From assembly GCA_001790095.1 (NCBI GenBank), contig MGBH01000001.1, positions 180,001 through 212,000 of the forward strand: DNA of 32,000 nt, written 5' to 3'. Positions within the stretch are counted from its first letter, which is position 1; each line of letters opens with the position of its first letter. Positions 28,318 to 32,000 of the stretch are shown one piece after another. A program made the translations under genes and the position numbers. The DNA is from Candidatus Saccharimonadota bacterium. Its GTDB lineage: Bacteria > Patescibacteriota > Microgenomatia > UBA1406 > GWC2-37-13. The notes under the pieces were generated by a model. It was not told the DNA's origin, did not search any database, and saw only the letters and a list, made by a program, of their open reading frames with translations.

Positions 28318-29196
28318 TTATATGTTTGCATAATGAGCCTCATATACTGCAACGAGTTGAAAGATAAAAAAAAGAGCAAAAAACAACATTAAGATGTTAT
28401 AGAGGTGAAGTGGGGTAAAAACAAAAATGGCAGTTATAAAAAGTGGTAAACTACACGAATGGAGTCCTATTTGGACAATCTTCCTAAAGGAATATCGTTT
28501 ATGAAAAAGGACAAAAAATACATAAACGCTCATACTTGAAATAAACATGCAAACAATATTTATTAACATAATGGAAAGAGGTATAAATAAAAAAAAAGAA
28601 GCAACTAATGATAAAAGAAGGAACTTGTAAATAGTTATGCCTGTTTGGACCCGTTTAATGAGTTCTTGTTTATTTAGATGAAGTTGAGGGAAAAGTTTTT
28701 GCAAAGGTAAAGACAGAAGATGCGATCTATATCTAATATACAAATCAGAGCGCGAAATAAGAACTTCGGCCTTTGGTTTACTAACGTCCTGATTACTTAT
28801 TCTTTCATCTATAACAAGAAAGAGTTTTGTTTTATTTTGACAAGCATTCCAGACAAAAACAGGCATACCCATGTTGGTTGACATATTTCCTCGATCGATA
28901 GTGATTGTAAAATTGGACGGGATGGTTTCAAGGGCTTTTGTCATGCACGATCCAACTTTGTCTATGTTATTCTGATATGTTTTTATAACTGCAGCACAGA
29001 TGACAACTCCTGCGATAAGAATAAAAAGAGAAAAAAAATATAAAAAAGAAGAATTGAAACGACTCTTTAAGACTTTCGAGTAGTAAGGTGATTGAGGGAC
29101 TATACTGGCTTTGAGATCATGCAAAAAGGTCTTGACTTTTTTCACAATACCAATTATGATAGAGAAGTCAGAAAAAAAAATCAACTTCGTTTGCAA
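28318..29196 (-). CDS. Hypothetical membrane protein (possibly DUF1189-like)
   Basis: 292-aa ORF with one N-proximal TM helix, a loop of about 110 aa and 3-4 C-terminal TM helices. I recognised no catalytic motif. Confidence 0.35.
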   Translation of the reverse strand: MQTKLIFFSDFSIIIGIVKKVKTFLHDLKASIVPQSPYYSKVLKSRFNSSFLYFFSLFILIAGVVICAAVIKTYQNNIDKVGSCMTKALETIPSNFTITIDRGNMSTNMGMPVFVWNACQNKTKLFLVIDERISNQDVSKPKAEVLISRSDLYIRYRSHLLSLPLQKLFPQLHLNKQELIKRVQTGITIYKFLLLSLVASFFLFIPLSIMLINIVCMFISSMSVYVFFVLFHKRYSFRKIVQIGLHSCSLPLFITAIFVFTPLHLYNILMLFFALFFIFQLVAVYEAHYANI

Positions 29197-29256
29197 TGGT
29201 CAAACTTACTGTTGGTAATTTTTCTATCGATTAATTAATAATTTAATTTTTTTATT

Positions 29257-30441
29257 ATGGCAGACGGTGTTTTTCAAAGAAACAAACCACATTTAAATAT
29301 TGGTACGATTGGTCATGTCGATCATGGTAAAACCACAACTACTTCAGCAATACACTATGTTCTCTCAAAAAAAGGTCAAGCAAAATTTTTAAAATACGAA
29401 GACATTGATAAGGCGCCTGAAGAGCGTGCACGTGGAGTCACTATCAATCTTCATCACTCAGAATATGAAACAGACAAGAGACACTATGCTCATATTGACG
29501 CCCCAGGACATGCAGATTACATTAAGAACATGATCACCGGTGCTGCACAAATGGATGGAGCAATCCTTGTTGTTTCCGCTCCTGATGGTCCAATGCCACA
29601 GACTCGCGAACACATTCTTCTTGCAAAACAAGTAAATGTACCTGCCATTGTAGTGTACCTGAATAAGGTTGACATGGTAGCCGACAAAGAGATACTTGAC
29701 CTTGTTGAAATGGAAGTAAGAGATCTTCTTACCAAATACGGTTTTCCAGGGGATAAAGTTCCTGTTATCAAAGGTTCTTCAATGAAAGCTCTCCAAGATG
29801 ACCCAGAATCTGTTAAAGCCATAGAGGAACTTATGAAGGCGGTTGACGAATACGTACCAGACCCAGTTAGAGCTATAGATAAACCATTCCTTATGCCGGT
29901 TGAAGACGTTTTCACCATACAAGGAAGAGGTACTGTGGTTACAGGAAGAGCAGAGAGAGGTGTTCTTAAAGTCAATGAAGAGGTTGAGATCGTTGGGCTT
30001 ACTGATACAAAAAAAACAGTAATAACGGGTGTTGAAATGTTTAGAAAAACACTTGATGAGGCTCGCGCCGGAGACAATGTAGGACTTCTTCTTCGCGGTA
30101 TTGAAAAAGAAGACGTACAAAGAGGTCAAGTAATCGCAAAACCAGGTTCAATTACACCTCATACCGAGTTTGAAGCGCAGATTTATGTCTTAAAAAAAGA
30201 AGAAGGCGGACGTCATACACCATTTTTTAAAGGCTACAGACCACAGTTCTACATAAGAACAACCGATGTGACTGGAGAATTGAATCTTCCAGCGGGGGTT
30301 GAAATGGTTATGCCGGGAGATAATGTAAAAATAACAGGAAAACTTATCTATCCAGTTGCTCTTGAAGAGGGTATGAAATTTGCCATCCGTGAAGGTGGAC
30401 ATACCGTTGGAGCTGGAGCAATAACAAAGATAACAAAATAA
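29257..30441 (+). CDS. tuf: Elongation factor Tu
   Basis: 394 aa with [17 protein letters not shown] and NKVD motifs. Conservation runs the full length. Confidence 0.98.
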   Translation: MADGVFQRNKPHLNIGTIGHVDHGKTTTTSAIHYVLSKKGQAKFLKYEDIDKAPEERARGVTINLHHSEYETDKRHYAHIDAPGHADYIKNMITGAAQMDGAILVVSAPDGPMPQTREHILLAKQVNVPAIVVYLNKVDMVADKEILDLVEMEVRDLLTKYGFPGDKVPVIKGSSMKALQDDPESVKAIEELMKAVDEYVPDPVRAIDKPFLMPVEDVFTIQGRGTVVTGRAERGVLKVNEEVEIVGLTDTKKTVITGVEMFRKTLDEARAGDNVGLLLRGIEKEDVQRGQVIAKPGSITPHTEFEAQIYVLKKEEGGRHTPFFKGYRPQFYIRTTDVTGELNLPAGVEMVMPGDNVKITGKLIYPVALEEGMKFAIREGGHTVGAGAITKITK

Positions 30442-30477
30442 TTTTGCGAACCTATTTATTTAAGCACTTTTACATGT

Positions 30478-30786
30478 ATGCCAAAAGGTAGAATTAGGAT
30501 CAAATTAAAAGCGTATGATTATCGGTTGATTGACGATACTTGTCAAAAACTGGTTGATGCGGCCATACGGACAGGTGCATCAATTATTGGTCCGATACCT
30601 CTGCCCACAAAAACAGAAGTATTTGTCGTAAACAAATCATCATTCGTAGATAAAGATGCCAGAGAACACTTTGGTTTAAAGACCCACAAAAGACTTATCG
30701 ACATCATGAACCCGACTAATCAAACGATTGATTCTCTTATGCATCTTGAATTACCTGCTGGTGTTGAAGTAGAGGTAAAGATGTAG
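30478..30786 (+). CDS. rpsJ: 30S ribosomal protein S10
   Basis: 102 aa with IRIKLKAYD...GPIPLPT...HKRLIDI, typical of S10. It follows tuf. Confidence 0.97.
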   Translation: MPKGRIRIKLKAYDYRLIDDTCQKLVDAAIRTGASIIGPIPLPTKTEVFVVNKSSFVDKDAREHFGLKTHKRLIDIMNPTNQTIDSLMHLELPAGVEVEVKM

Positions 30787-30794
30787 TTTTCTTC

Positions 30795-30823
30795 TTGAAG
30801 ATTTGGTATATGTATTATATAAT
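30795..30823 (+). promoter_or_regulatory. Promoter-like element inside the rpsJ-rplC spacer
   Basis: TTGAAG (30795-30800), 17-nt spacer, TATAAT (30818-30823). Confidence 0.4.
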
Positions 30824-30900
30824 GTGTTTCGCATGTTTTTTTCCTTTATTGGAAATAACTAAGAAGAAAAATTAATCTCGGATTGACAGGCTTAGATAAA

Positions 30901-30927
30901 AAGCCCCAATCTGGGGCTTATTTTTTT
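30901..30927 (+). terminator. Strong intrinsic terminator/attenuator between rpsJ and rplC
   Basis: AAGCCCCA (30901-30908) pairs with TGGGGCTT (30912-30919) around a 3-nt loop, followed by A and T7 (30921-30927). It ends 22 nt before the rplC ATG. Confidence 0.75.
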
Positions 30928-30949
30928 GGTTAATTTACGTATAAAAGCT

Positions 30950-31627
30950 ATGAACGGTTTTATTCTTGGAGAAAAGTCAATACAATCACAACAATTTCTA
31001 TCAACCGGCGAAAGGATTCCGACTACATTTATTAAGACAGAACCCTGCTATATTATTTCAATCAACTCACCAAGCAAGCGTGGGTATGGAAGTGTCCAAC
31101 TTGGTTTTAAACAAACTAAACGCATGGATACTTCAGTCAAAGGCACACTTACAAAAGCGGGAGTTACAACCCCGCTTCGTTTTTTAAGGGAATTTCGTAT
31201 TAATGAGAAAAGAGATTCTGCACAATTTACTGAAGAAAATGGTAAACAAACAGTTACGTTACTTGATAAAAAATTCATTGTGGGACAAGTGATAAAACCT
31301 TCCGATATGTTTGCTAAGGGAGACCTTGTATTGGTCTCTGGAACATCAAAAGGAAAAGGATTTCAAGGAGTTGTTAAAAGACATGGGTTTAAAGGAGGAC
31401 CGAAGACTCATGGACAATCAGACAGGCAAAGGGCTCCAGGTTCAATTGGTATGACCACTACACCTGGACGCGTATTCAAAGGAAAACGAATGGCAGGAAG
31501 AATGGGTAGCGAAAGAGTCACTTTTAAAGGTTTGATGGTTGTTGAAGTAGCAGAAAACGGAATAAGAGTTAAGGGTTTAGTACCTGGATCAACAGGTGGT
31601 TTACTTGAAATAAGAAAACAAGATTAA
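30950..31627 (+). CDS. rplC: 50S ribosomal protein L3
   Basis: [21 protein letters not shown] and GKRMAGRMG are L3 signatures. The ORF track start (TTG 30926) lies in the terminator T-tract, so the in-frame ATG at 30950 (MNGFILGEK) is preferred. Confidence 0.92.
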   Translation: MNGFILGEKSIQSQQFLSTGERIPTTFIKTEPCYIISINSPSKRGYGSVQLGFKQTKRMDTSVKGTLTKAGVTTPLRFLREFRINEKRDSAQFTEENGKQTVTLLDKKFIVGQVIKPSDMFAKGDLVLVSGTSKGKGFQGVVKRHGFKGGPKTHGQSDRQRAPGSIGMTTTPGRVFKGKRMAGRMGSERVTFKGLMVVEVAENGIRVKGLVPGSTGGLLEIRKQD

Positions 31628-31646
31628 TGAGTTTACGGCTTTAGAT

Positions 31647-32000
31647 ATGTCAGAGACAAAACAGGAAAAAACAAAAAAAATTAAGAAAACACCTAGTGCG
31701 ATTGTCCAATATAATTTAAGTGGAGAACAAACGGGCGAAATAGTGTCACCTAAAGAAATTTTTGATATAAAGGCTTCACCCGCTTTATTATCTCAATACA
31801 TTAGAGTTTTTCAGACCAACCAGAGACAAGGGACTGCGTCGACAAAAACAAGAGCCGAAGTAGCGGGAACAACCAAGAAAATATATAAGCAAAAAGGTAC
31901 AGGTAAAGCAAGGCACGGATCTCAGCGTGCCCCCATCTTTAAAGGTGGTGGAGTGGTTGGCGGTCCAAAACCAAAAACATACAAGTTGAATATGAATAAG
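31647..32000 (+). CDS. rplD: 50S ribosomal protein L4 (partial; continues beyond the window)
   Basis: ATG at 31647, open to the window end (118 codons). [29 protein letters not shown] is the L4 signature. Confidence 0.9.
   Translation, partial: MSETKQEKTKKIKKTPSAIVQYNLSGEQTGEIVSPKEIFDIKASPALLSQYIRVFQTNQRQGTASTKTRAEVAGTTKKIYKQKGTGKARHGSQRAPIFKGGGVVGGPKPKTYKLNMNK

Noticed and set aside
29517-30129. Long antisense ORFs (186 aa and 116 aa) inside tuf
   Set aside because: They lie fully within the highly conserved EF-Tu coding region. Their composition is Ser/Thr/Pro-rich and low in complexity, as expected for the reverse complement of a highly expressed gene. No start context or recognisable motif is present.
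30810-30875. 21-codon hydrophobic mini-ORF (MYYIMCFACFFPLLEITKKKN) in the rpsJ-rplC spacer, reminiscent of a small membrane or toxin peptide
   Set aside because: It overlaps the predicted -10 box and transcription start, so it would not be on the transcript if that promoter is real. It has no SD or other start signal. T-rich spacers easily yield Phe/Leu-rich ORFs.

Overview
This is a compact, AT-rich bacterial window that is almost entirely coding. It uses the standard genetic code: TGA terminates several well-conserved genes. I saw no rRNA, tRNA, CRISPR array, transposase or integrase. Most of the content is housekeeping: dnaJ 3' end, efp, a RodZ-like gene, radA, argS, purB-purA, glyA, and tuf-rpsJ-rplC-rplD. 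There is also a long envelope-glycan block at about 12.3-24.3 kb with ugd, a UDP-xylose synthase, rfbB/rfbD, and GT2, GT4 and GT39 transferases. A single-chain UvrD-type helicase fused to an Fe-S PD-(D/E)XK nuclease follows it. Small genes, absent Shine-Dalgarno sequences, -10 boxes sitting almost on start codons, and the EF-Tu/r-protein sequences suggest a reduced-genome lineage such as Patescibacteria/CPR; this is inference only. The one clearly accessory segment is 4.4-8.7 kb on the minus strand. It holds an MBL-fold hydrolase, an unusual 270-aa GNAT, a split GNAT, an M20 (PepT-like) peptidase and a paralogous GNAT. Both paralogous GNATs have a strong intrinsic terminator immediately 5' of their start codons. 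This block is my best candidate for an undescribed small-molecule modification or detoxification module with attenuator-type control, but no function can be assigned from sequence alone. A second notable regulatory oddity is a promoter-like element plus a strong terminator between rpsJ and rplC. All functional calls come from motif recognition by eye; no searches were run.
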